DNA of 29,970 bases from Octopus sinensis (GCF_006345805.1 NW_021836214.1:1-29970), one strand, 5' to 3'. Shown: positions 1 through 10,429, numbered from the stretch's first letter. Made by a program: numbers and translations. Notes: generated by a model from the letters alone, not told the origin.

Positions 1-261
1 ACTGTATCGTCTCAAGACTCCACCCCTTCCTTCTACGCAGAGGGTTTTCCCTATTTCTTTCAACACACAGACATCCTAAACGTTATTGATCTCAACCCTC
101 TTGTAGGATGTGTATCGATTAACGATAATCCCACAATCACATTAAATTAATTGATATAAAATATTTATATAAAATCACATGCTTCATTTTTTTGTTTTTA
201 TTCAACGGCGGTGCATCAGCATGGCCGCAACTCTGAGCTGAAACTAGAGAGAAAAAAATTT

Positions 262-612
262 CAATCATTCGAATGTGGCCATGCTGTAGCATTTTCTAGA
301 ACGGTTTAGTCGAACAAATCAACTTCAATAACTGTTTTTTTTTTCTTTTATAAAACCTGGTACTTAATCCATCGTCACTTTTACCTGAACGCTAATTTAC
401 GGGGACGCAAACAACCTAACACCTGTTGTCTAGCACATACACATATACACACATATAAATAAGAGTTTGCGTGTATGTATATAAGATGGGCTTCCTCACA
501 GTTTCCGTCAAAGAAATTCATACACAAAGCGTTAGTCGACTCTAGCAGAAGACACTTGCCAAAGGTGACGAGCAATGAAATTGAACACGAAACTGTGTGG
601 TTGTAAACAGCT
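262..612 (-). mobile_element. Degenerate tRNA-derived SINE, family A
   Basis: Reverse complement resembles the family A copies at 2290-2720 and 23246-23631 (motifs 'tggccatgctgtagca', 'tagtcgaacaaatc', 'ttacggggacg', 'gatgggcttc', 'gaagacacttgcc'). Confidence 0.7.
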
Positions 613-745
613 TAAATTCAATGGCTAGCTTATCAATATGTATAATTTTTGATAAATCGATATAATCTTTAAGAAGAAAATCAATATCTTATATTTTCAT
701 TGATATTATTTTTAAAACAATTATATAAATCAAAAAAATATATAT

Positions 746-992
746 GCGGGAGTGGCTGTGTGGTAAGTAGCTTACTTCCCAACCACATGGTTCCGGGTTC
801 AGTCCCACTGTGTTGCCCATTGGACAAATGTCTTCTACTGTAGCCTCAGGCCGGCCAAAGCTTTGTGAGTGGATTTGGTAGACGGAAACTGAAAGAATCC
901 CGTCGTAGACGGAAACTGAAAGAATAAGTTCTTGGGACGATTTGTTCGACTAATGACGGTGCTCCAGTATGGCCGCATTGAAGTAAAAGAAT
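746..992 (+). mobile_element. tRNA-derived SINE family A, internally deleted
   Basis: A-box-like TGGCTGTGTGG and B-box-like GGTTCAGTCC; head matches 23246; middle replaced by a duplicated 'gtagacggaaactgaaagaa'; normal 3' tail. Confidence 0.85.
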
Positions 993-1635
993 ATGAGAAA
1001 AGAATGTAGAAAATCTATCATGTTTGCTAAAATTTAAAACAATGAACGATTTCAAATAATTGTAGAAATTCAATTATATATTTATTGATATTATTAAAAA
1101 CATATTTTTGAAATGTGATTGAAAATCAGTCACATATTTATTAATATCATTTTTAAAAAAATCGATATGTCGAAAAACAAATTCCATATATATTTATATC
1201 ATTTTTAAAAATCGATATACAATGTATGTAGAATATCATTTAATTACAGATTTATAATTAGTATATATTTTTTAAAGCACTACTATATGTATCAGTTAAA
1301 TCGGTAGAACATCAGACAAAATGCTTGACAGTGCTGTATTTAATTGCGGTTCTTTAGAATCTGAGTTCAAATCTCGCATGTCATTTCAGCATTTAGTGAT
1401 CGGTTATTTAATGACTCAGTCGAGTAATGAAATCGATTTAATCGATAGCACTCGCTTCTAATATCTGTGGCTCTCTCATAGCGTGGGTATATGAGACATA
1501 CCCCTGTCCCTGATTGAGGAGTATCCTAGCTTGCCGTTTTACTCTGATTTGACTTGAGGTAAAATCTTATGATTTTGCTGCAGTTATGTTTGTGAGATTG
1601 TTAGATTTCTCACGTCAATATTTCAAATACCGTTA

Positions 1636-1810
1636 AGGGGGCGAGCTAACAGAATCACTTGCATGTAGGACAAAATGGCTAGCAGCATTTCGTCCATCTC
1701 TGTGTTCAAATTCCGCCGATAAAATAAGTACCAGCTGAATACTGTGGTCTATGCAATCGATTTACCCTACCCAGAAATCGCTAGCCTTGTGCCAAAATTT
1801 GAAGCCAATA
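1636..1810 (+). mobile_element. tRNA-derived SINE family B, degenerate
   Basis: 'ggcgagctaacagaatc...gttcaaattccgccga...aagtaccag...atcgatt' matches copies at 5006 and 24049. Confidence 0.7.
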
Positions 1811-1827
1811 TTTCGATTACCTTTCCT

Positions 1828-2021
1828 GCTGTAGATACAAGGCCTGAAATTTTGGGGGCGGTAGCTATTCGATTACATCGACCCCTGGCACTTGAGTGAA
1901 TCTCGAAAGGGTTTATAGCAAAGTGGATTGCGGGGCAGTTTGAACTCAGAATGTAAAGACGGTCAAAATGTCGCTTCGCATTTTGCTAGCGTGCTGACGA
2001 TTCTGCTAGTTCATCGCCTTA
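1828..2021 (-). mobile_element. tRNA-derived SINE family B, degenerate
   Basis: Reverse complement has the same head, 'ctgagttcaaa', 'ggggtcgatgtaatcga' and tail 'aaaatttcaggccttg'. Confidence 0.7.
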
Positions 2022-2289
2022 AACCTCGACATTTTAATTATAATAGTAGAAAATATTTAAAGAACAGCTAACTTCAAGGTATGATGTCAGCTCAGCAATG
2101 GTTAGGCACTTCTCATCTCTGATTAAAGTGTCTGCCTTTCCCTTGTTGGCTGGGTTAATGGGCAACCACTGGGTGACGTGTCTGCTAAAGCTTGAATTGT
2201 TTTTTTTTTTATGGTCTGTTGAATTCTCATTCAGACGGCTGGCACATTATCACGTATTACCGTAGTCTACAACTGTATCTTTGTACATA

Positions 2290-2466
2290 TGGCTGTGTGG
2301 TAAGTAGCTTGATTACCAACCACATGGTTCCAGGTTCATTCCCACTGCGTGGCACCTTGGCCAAGTGTTTTCTACTATAGCCTCGGGGCCGACCAAAGCC
2401 TTGTGAGTGGATTTGGTAGACGGAAACTGAAAGAAAACCCGTCGTATATATATGATGTATATATAT

Positions 2467-2512
<46 letters not shown>

Positions 2513-2720
2513 ATATGTGGTATATGTTGTGTCTTTGTCCCCCAACATCGCTTGACTACCGATGTTGGTGTGTTTACTTCCCCGTAACTTAGCGGTTCGA
2601 CAAAAGAGGCCAATAGAATAAGTACTGGGCTTACAAAGAATAAGTCCTGGGCTCGATTGGCTCGACTAAAGGTGGTGCTCCAGCATGGCCGCAGTCAAAT
2701 GACTGAAACAAGTAAAAGAA
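2290..2720 (+). mobile_element. Full-length tRNA-derived SINE family A with internal (AT)n
   Basis: Pol III boxes, internal microsatellite, tail 'gctccagcatggccgcagtcaaatgactgaaacaagtaaaag'; co-linear with 13103 and 23246. Confidence 0.9.
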
Positions 2721-2865
2721 CGCTAAAGGGGATTATCCTTCGGCAAAAAGGAAATCAACCATGCTTTGCTTCTGACAGATTTTCAGCGGGGCCGTCATTT
2801 TAATATTAGCTTGGCTCACCTCTCGTATAGGGTTACACACATAATGTAGATCTTATTTTCATTCT

Positions 2866-3168
2866 GTTTTACTCATTTCAGTCATTAGACTACAGTCATG
2901 CAGGGGGCACCACTTTCAAGGGTATTAGTCGAACAAATCGAACCTAGGACTTCATTTGAAGCCTAGTCTGTTTGGCCGAACCGCTAGATTACGGGGATGT
3001 AAACACATCAATACCGGTTGTGAAGCAGAGTGGGGGAGACAAACACAGACACAAAGATACACACAAGCACATACGATGGGCTTCTTTTCAGTCTCCCTCA
3101 ACCAAATCCACTGACAAGGATGTAGTAGAAGTCACTTGCTCAAAGGGCCAAGCAGCTTGGGATTGAGA
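2866..3168 (-). mobile_element. SINE family A, diverged
   Basis: Reverse complement co-linear with the body and tail of family A. Confidence 0.75.
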
Positions 3169-3199
3169 TATGCATACATACATACATACATACATACAT

Positions 3200-3271
<72 letters not shown>

Positions 3272-3450
3272 ACCACCCATATATTTATATATATTTCAAT
3301 AGGTGAATGAATTATCCTATGTTTATCGTCAGCATGGAAATTCGTTGAACCGATACCAGGGTAGCAATCAACGTCAGAACACGGTTGAGCGACCTGTCCA
3401 AGGGTAGAAACTCCGGTTCATTTGCAGAAATTTTTGTGTATTATATATGA

Positions 3451-3768
3451 ATAAATGAAAGAATGGAGTCGAACGAAGATGTTAACAAAATTCCTTACTC
3501 TCGACATATGTTTCGAAGACAACATGGTTTCATTGCAAAGGAATAAAGGGTGTAAGATGCAATCTTCTCATCGTTTTGTTTACCATGTAGGCGGTCATCG
3601 AAATTTTTGTTTGTCTTGTTGCCGAGAGAGGCTCCCTTTCTTTCCTGATGAGAAGATTGCATCTTTACAACCTTTATTCCTTTGCAATGAAACCATGTTG
3701 TCTTCGAAACATAGGTCGAGTAAAGGAATTTTGTTAACATCTTCGTTCGACTCCATTCTTTCATTTAT
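3451..3768. repeat. Inverted repeat (arms 3451-3572 and 3647-3768, 74-bp spacer); Penelope pLTR-like element
   Basis: Arms are near-perfect reverse complements ('ataaatgaaagaatggagtcgaacgaagatgttaacaaaattcc' / 'ggaattttgttaacatcttcgttcgactccattctttcatttat'); right arm carries a hammerhead core. The repeat is seen directly; the Penelope label is inference. Confidence 0.85.
3640..3722 (+). ncRNA. Type I hammerhead ribozyme motif
   Basis: CTGATGA 3645-3651, stem II GAAGA/TCTTC, GAAA 3706-3709, stem III AC-ATAG-GT, GUC site ending at 3717; stem I is short in this copy (ttc/gag). Confidence 0.7.
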
Positions 3769-4512
3769 ATATATATATATAATATATATATATAAAGAGT
3801 AAATTTATGTTAAGGAATGGAACGTACAATTTCTTGTAAGTCAGGCTGCCGCGGGTTCCATACTTTCATATACATGAAAAAAAGAAGCCAATTATAGATC
3901 TAGAGTGAATGCACTTTTACATTTGTGCCAAATATTAAATTATTCCATTGAACAGACTCGCCTCTTATGATAAAAATTGCATTACTTTATACTCACCCTC
4001 GTATATGTAGTTGTGTGTGTGTATGTGTATGTGTGTCTGTATGTGTGCATACATGCACACAAATACTAACAAGTACACACATATATATATATGTTATACA
4101 AGTAGTTACGCGTTAAATTTTTGGGTGTGTATTTTCGTGTTAATTTTGGCATTGTGCTGCGAATAAGAGAATGGTTTCCACAAATAATCTACTTTCGTCA
4201 ACAAACTTCATAAAGTATGTATCTTTTTCTCGCAGTTTCCTATCTATTTCGCGTTCTACTGCTGGCTGTAATACACATTATTGGAACGAATTACAATTTA
4301 AAGCAGAAACCCTCTACGATAAATAAAATAAAATGAAAAAGAAGGAAAAAAAGTAAGCACTCGGCCATATGTGTGTTCGCACGCGCGAGTGTATTTATAT
4401 TTAGTTGAATAAGATTCAGGTAAAATTCTTTTAGAATGCTATGCAAAGATCGTCTGCAGTTATTGGCTATCTGATGTCATCATGCAGGGAAAATGCTCCT
4501 GCTACTGTATAT

Positions 4513-4577
4513 ACTCTTACTCTTTTACTCTTTTACTTTTTCAGTCATTTGACTGCGGCCATGCTGGAGCACCGCCT
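4513..4577 (-). mobile_element. SINE family A 3' tail fragment
   Basis: 'tcagtcatttgactgcggccatgctggagcaccgcct' is the reverse complement of the family A tail, with a (TTTTAC)-like tail. Confidence 0.85.
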
Positions 4578-5005
4578 ATACGTATATTAACAATTCTTAA
4601 ATATCGTCAAAGTTTATATAGATGAATAAAAGAAAATGGATTGAACAATTTTCGTTATTTAAAATCACTACAGTTGTTTCAGAACACTTCCACACCTGTA
4701 GTACATTGGTAGCATATTGTCAGAGTTGGATTAACCATAAAGCAAAATAAGAAAGTGCTTTAGGGCATTAAAGGAAAGGGGCACCACAAAAATGGTAAAT
4801 GACTTGTGGCTCAGAGGAAATCACTTTAAACTTGCTAAAATAATACCCAAAGTGGATTATCTGACTGGAAGTATAATTTCGAAGTATACATGTTACTATA
4901 GTGAGGATCTGATCAAAGACTTTGCTATCAAAATAATAAAGTTAGAGAAAATTTTTGAAATATAAATAAACTTGGTCGTATATAAAGATAAGTATTATTT
5001 TCAAA

Positions 5006-5185
5006 GGCGGCAGAAACGTTAGCAAGCCGGGCGAAATGCTTGTCTTTACATTTTTGAGTTCAAATTCCACCGAAGTCGACTTTGCCTTTCATCCTGAATT
5101 TAGTTCCAGTTGCGTACTGGGTTCGATCTAATCGACTCCCCCTCCTCCCCCAAAATTTCGGACCTTGTGTTTAGTGTAGAAAATA
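5006..5185 (+). mobile_element. SINE family B
   Basis: 'ggcagaaacgttagcaagccgggcgaaatgc...gagttcaaattccaccgaagtcgactttgcctttcatcc'. Confidence 0.85.
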
Positions 5186-5234
5186 TTGTTTTCCATCTTA
5201 CACTTAGTTCTATTTCATTTTGAAAAATATGAAC

Positions 5235-5832
5235 AAATTTGTTGCAAAACCCTTATTGTTATAATTATATATAGAAAAACTTTTTGTATAAGTTTTTACC
5301 GAATATGGTCCTTTTCCATGCCGAAAAACTACTAGGTGAAATTTGTTGATTTTATTAAATTAATTATCTTTCACCCTATATCTGTAATGATTATTTCACT
5401 CCCCTACGACAAAACTACGAATCTTTTTTCGGCAGTACTATTTTGTGACTCACATGGTAGAAACATTTGGAGGAAAGTACGAATTCACTCGTCTATATAA
5501 ATGTGGATATACTGATTAGCTTTTATATGTTCCGATGACGCCTGGTCGGAAACATAAGGGGTAAGTTTTCCTAGCATTTCTAGATTTATTTATCGAAATA
5601 TTATGTCGATGAAGGAAAGGAATCTTATGATTCTAATCCAGAAACGTACGTCCATAATTAATCGAAGACTGTTTGATTTCATTGTTTTTCTTCTTTTTTT
5701 GCCATGTGTGAGTTACAAATATTGTTGTCTGTGGAGACATATTTTTGTAGAAAAAGGAAATAGTAGTCTTTTGGCTGCTATTTCTAAAACTTTCGGTATG
5801 TGGTCAAGCAACTTGTTGCAAACCCCGTATTG

Positions 5833-5836
<4 letters not shown>
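5235..5836 (+). mobile_element. Diverged fragments related to the 594-bp HHR unit at 25953-27023
   Basis: 'ttggctgctatttctaaaactttcggtatgtggtc...gttgcaaaccc' matches 'ttgactgctatttctaaattcggtatgtggt...gttgctaaaccc'; 5245-5390 resembles the unit's tail ('catgccgaa...ctact.ggt...aaattaatt'); degenerate HHR at 5600-5658. Confidence 0.65.
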
Positions 5837-5864
<28 letters not shown>

Positions 5865-5869
<5 letters not shown>

Positions 5870-5996
5870 CAAGGAACGGCCATGGCCGTTCCTTGATTGT
5901 GATGTTGAACTTAAAAATGGTCTATGACTATTTAATTTTTTCCCACTAGGCCGCTGGTGGCAAAAAAATTCTACAAAATTTTTTGCCACCCTATTG

Positions 5997-5999
<3 letters not shown>
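5865..5999. other. Short element between two (AT)n tracts with a perfect 36-bp palindrome and a second hairpin
   Basis: 5865-5900 acaatcaaggaacggcca|tggccgttccttgattgt is self-complementary; 5956-5990 ggtggcaaaaaa...ttttttgccacc. Confidence 0.75.
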
Positions 6000-6036
<37 letters not shown>

Positions 6037-6419
6037 TTGTATATGTGTGTGTGTGTGTGTGTGTGTAATGTACATATGTGCATATGCACACACATAGTCA
6101 TATACAATACTTGGGATGGTGAGTGCCGGGGAGATGATAATGGTGTTGGTGTTGATAGTGGTAGGGAAGTGTTATAATAGTGTCTATGCTATGGTAATTT
6201 GTCACTACTGTGAGTGATAGTCTGGTTGTTGTTACTGTTGTAACCAGAATCACTTCTTATCGAAGAATTCCATGCCGAAAACCATTTCAGAATCGAAGAA
6301 CTTACCTTTTATCAAGAACAGGTTAATGCACCTTTGTTCCATATTATTCAACTTGTTTTCAATTTCTAATAACTTGTCTGCTATTTCTAGCAGATTGGAC
6401 GACTTAACCGACAAGCCAT

Positions 6420-7250
6420 ATAGTGGTGGTGGTGGTGGTGTTGGTGGTGGTGGTGATGTGGTTGGTAAGAGAGACAATGAGGAGGTGTGTTAGTGGTGGT
6501 AGAGGTGCAGTGGGGGTGGGTAGGTTCCTGCTTCCTACCTCAAGGGAATTCTTCGTTATTTTGGAATTCGCAAATATACGAATATCTGTCCATATTTGAA
6601 TGGAAGGTTCAGGTGACGGGGAGTGGTGTAGGATAGGGTTTGAGGCGAAGGAGCAACAACAGAAGAGTAACAGTAATAGTAGTAATAGTGGTGGTAGTGG
6701 TGGTAGTGGTGGTGGTGGTGGTGGTGGTGGCGGTGGTGGTGTTGGTGGTAGTAGCAGTAGTACTAAAAAGAATAAAAAAGAGGAGGAAATGAGAAGGTGG
6801 AGGAGAGGAAATGGGGAGGGGGAAGGGGAGACGGGACAAAAAAGAAAACAAAATCAAGAACAATAAGATGCGGAGCACGAGGACCATAGCACCGGCATCA
6901 ACAAAGTTGATTTATTGCAAAACACTCCCAATTCATTTTTGTCTCCGTTCCGACCACCACTACCACCACCACCACCACCACCACCATCACCACCATCACC
7001 ACCACCACCACCACTAACAACAACAACATTACAACCTCTTCACCACCACAACCAGTACAAACAACAACAACAACAGCAACAACGGCAACGGCAACAACAA
7101 TAACAACATTTACCACGCGAAAATCTACTACCAAAATAATCCCACACTCTTTTTACAAACACCTTCCCGCCTCGACACAGCAACAGCCCATCACCATTGC
7201 CACCACCTACACCAGCAGCATAACAACCATCTTCACCATCGTCACCATAA
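6420..7250. repeat. Mosaic trinucleotide microsatellites (GGT, CAC, CAA, AGT)
   Basis: Read directly from the sequence. Confidence 0.85.
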
Positions 7251-7399
7251 GTGCCTCTGATACTTGTTACTGTCGCCATTTTTCCCCTCACATCCGGTCA
7301 TCTGGATGGTATTATAAGTGGGCATTAGTTCATTCATTCAAAGACAAGAAATTATTGAATAGCGACAGAATATGTATGGTCACAATAATAATAATAATG

Positions 7400-7448
<49 letters not shown>

Positions 7449-7455
7449 AAATAAA

Positions 7456-7487
<32 letters not shown>

Positions 7488-7493
7488 GTTGTT

Positions 7494-7613
7494 GATGCAT
7501 GTGCCTGGTGTCACTTTATCAGACGGGTAGTCATGATGGGTATATTGGCTTTGTATATTTTACCCCAGTGTCACTTGATGGCATGAACTGCTCTCATCAC
7601 TCATAAAACTACT
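7494..7613 (+). mobile_element. Short non-coding element ending in (TAA)n
   Basis: Non-repetitive 120-bp insert within the (TAA)n array; ends 'ataaaactact' like the neighbouring RLE 3' end. Confidence 0.5.
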
Positions 7614-7720
7614 ATAATAATAATAATAATAATAAAATAATAATAATGATAATGATAATGAGGGGATAATGATAATGATAATAGTAATAATAATAATAAT
7701 GATAATGATAATAGAATAAG

Positions 7721-7922
7721 ACAAATACATAACAAAACACCACCAGGACTTAGAAATATTTACAACTTACACAAAATTGCACTACTGGGCACTGCACACA
7801 TCCTACGCAAACACTTTCAATGCAGTAACCATAAGAGCATCACAACAAATCACAGCACATACCCAAGGCACACAGAGCTGCGCTCGGTAGTGAAGTGAAA
7901 GCATGATATAAATATAAAACTA

Positions 7923-7925
<3 letters not shown>
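7721..7925 (+). mobile_element. 3' end (RLE C-terminus and 3' UTR) of an R4/Dong-type non-LTR retrotransposon, 5' truncated
   Basis: Encodes KIALLGTAHILRK, typical of the terminal motif of R4/Dong RLE domains; followed directly by (TAA)n. Confidence 0.75.
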
Positions 7926-7968
<43 letters not shown>

Positions 7969-7994
7969 TAATAATAATAATAATAATAACAACA

Positions 7995-9623
7995 AAAAAT
8001 GGTGGAAAAAAGAACGATGGTGGAAACGACGCATTGAAAGGGGCATAATGCGGGCAAAGCTTGATTTAGCAAAATTTGAGCAATGGTCAAATGGAAATTG
8101 GAAAAAATAGGAAAAAGATCGACCGCGAAAAATTAGAGAAGAAATATAAAATACGGAAGAACGGGTTTGATGTCGATGTAGAGCAGTTATAACAGAGGGT
8201 CGTAGCAAAAAGCCAGAAGATCAGAAGATTTGTGAACAGAAATAAGCAGTTCGCGGAGAACAGATTGTTCAAAAATAAATCGAAGCAATTCTTCCGAATA
8301 TTAGGAGACGGTGAGGAAAATGTTGCTCCTGATGCAAATTAAGCTAAGGAGTTCTGGAGTGGATTATGGGGAAACAATTTGATGCATAAAAGGGATGCAA
8401 TGTGGATAGGAACTATCAAGACAGAATTACAAGGCGGAAAGAAACAAAGGAATACTGTCATAAGCACGGGTGATGTGAAAGAACAAATGGGTAAAGTGCC
8501 TAACTGGAAATCCCCCGAACCAGATGGAATTCATGGCTTCTGGCTGAAGTGAAGCCATGCAGTGCATGAAAGACTAGCAGCCCAATTGAATGAGTGTGTC
8601 CAGAAAGGTACAGTCCCCGCGTGGATAGTGACTGGGAGGACAACACTTGTAATGAAAGATAGAAGAAACAGGAATATTGTGGGAAACTACCGTCCTATTG
8701 CATACCTAAACATAATCTGGAAGATACTCAGTGAAATATGTGCGGCAAAGACATACACTTTCCTGACACAGGAAGAAATACTACCAAGGGAACAAAAAGA
8801 ATGTAGGAAGAGTTCTCAGGGTACCAAGGACCACCTGGTCATCGATAAAACAGTTTTGAGGCATTGTAAAAAATATCAATCAAACATTCCTTTGGCTTAG
8901 ATTGACTTTAAGAAGGCATATGATATGATGCCTCATTCTTGGATTATTGAACGCCTGTAGATGTTTGGTGCTGCTGACAACATCACAAATTTTCTGATGC
9001 ATAGCATGAAAGAGTGGAAAATAAAATTGTATTCCAGTAATGTATTCCTTGGAGAAGTTGATATTGAAAGGGGAATCTTCCAAGGTGACTCGTTTCCTCT
9101 GTTACATTTTGTAATTGCACTAATACCCGTAACAATGACACCAAGGAAAGTTAAGATGGGTTACCGATGTGGGAAGAAAGGCCCATCATTGAACCATCTT
9201 TTGTGTATCGATGACTTGAAATTGTTTGGGAAATCTGAAAAACAGATAGATTCCTTAACCAAAACAGTCCAGTAATGTGGTAGGGACATCGGTATGGAAT
9301 TTGGGATTACCAAATGCTCAGTAAATAATATGAATAGAGGGAAAAAAGTAGCCTGCAGAGGATTTAGGTTACCATCAGGAGAGACCATGGGTGAACCCGA
9401 CGGTCGTGGGTATAGATATTTAGAGATTTTGGTGCTCGATGACATTCTACACGGAGAAATGAATGTCAAGGTCAGCAAGGTGTATCAAAAAAGCGTGAAG
9501 ATGGTGTTGAAATCCAACTTGAATGCCAACAATTTGATTGCCGCAATGAAAATCTGGGCAGTAGCGGTGGTCAGATATAGTGCGTCTATTTTCAAATAGA
9601 CTAAGGAGGAAATATCAACACTG
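7995..9623 (+). pseudogene. Decayed reverse transcriptase ORF of an R4/Dong-type non-LTR retrotransposon, truncated at both ends
   Basis: One frame from ~8100 to 9623 gives EFWSGLW, NWKSPEPDGIHGFWLK, NYRPIAYLNIIWK, IDFKKAYDMMPHSW, RGIFQGDSF, NHLLCIDDLKLF, GMEFGITKC, YRYLEIL, WAVAVVRYS. In-frame stops at 8190, 8340, 8550, 8898, 8958, 9273, 9597; one frameshift near 8097 (upstream WWKRRIERGI). No zinc knuckle or RLE follows. Confidence 0.92.
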
Positions 9624-9695
9624 ATATATATATATATATCTATATATATATATATATATCTGTTAAAATTTCTTATTGACGAGTTTCATTTCTTC

Positions 9696-9783
9696 ACTTT
9701 CCTGAAGAGAAGATTACATTGCTTTACATCATTTATTCCTTTGGAATAATATCAGTGAAATCTTCGAAACATGTATCGGAAGT
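9696..9783 (+). ncRNA. Type I hammerhead motif, stem III mismatch
   Basis: Stem I actttc/ggaagt, CTGAAGA 9702-9708, stem II GAAGAT/ATCTTC, GAAAC-ATGT-ATC; related in sequence to the 3645 motif. Confidence 0.6.
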
Positions 9784-9819
9784 CAAAGTATTTGAATTAT
9801 ACCTGCATTTATTTATATA

Positions 9820-9905
9820 TATATATATTTATATATATATGTATATATATTGTAGACAGACAGACCGATAGAGAGACAGTCAGTCAGGCAGACAGACAGA
9901 CAGAC

Positions 9906-9959
<54 letters not shown>

Positions 9960-10332
9960 GATAAAGAAAGCAAACTATAGATAATACCACTGGGCATTTT
10001 TACTTGGAGTCGTAAATACTCAATACAGAGTCGCCTAAGCCAGTTAACATTCTAAGTTTCGTATATGCCGTTATATGCCCACAACGTCACGTGTGCAAAG
10101 TGAAGCAGCTGTGTAAGTGAATGTGTGGGTATTTGAGTCTATGGATTTGTGTATGCGTATATTAGTATGTACGGATTTCTGTTTAGAAGCATTAGTGTAA
10201 GCAACTGTGTATGAATGAAGGCTTTTGTTAATCTACATACCGACTTACATGTGTTTTTTGTCTTGCAGTATGTGAGTGATTGGTTTTGTTTCTAGATAAA
10301 CAGTGGCGAATAACATCTACATATTATATTAT

Positions 10333-10385
<53 letters not shown>

Positions 10386-10398
10386 ATTGAATAGATAG

Positions 10399-10429
<31 letters not shown>

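Larger units (their letters stand above)
7384..7990 (+). repeat. (TAA)n array interrupted by inserted elements
   Basis: Three (TAA)n/(TGA)n blocks separated by unique segments at 7494-7613 and 7721-7925. Confidence 0.9.

Noticed and set aside
3455-3802. Paired ORFs with identical N-termini on opposite strands
   Set aside because: A consequence of the inverted repeat, not genes.
4741-4965. 75-codon open frame (...KVDYLTGSIISKYTCYY...)
   Set aside because: No recognisable motif or splice sites; compatible with chance or an unrecognisable transposon relic.
5525-5560. ccgatga...ggaaac hammerhead-like string
   Set aside because: Better explained as a simple hairpin (tatgttccga/tcggaaacata); no UH site or stem I.
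6600-7291. Poly-G/P/H/Q ORFs
   Set aside because: Trinucleotide mosaics with stops in every frame and no splice support; a low-complexity exon cannot be fully excluded.
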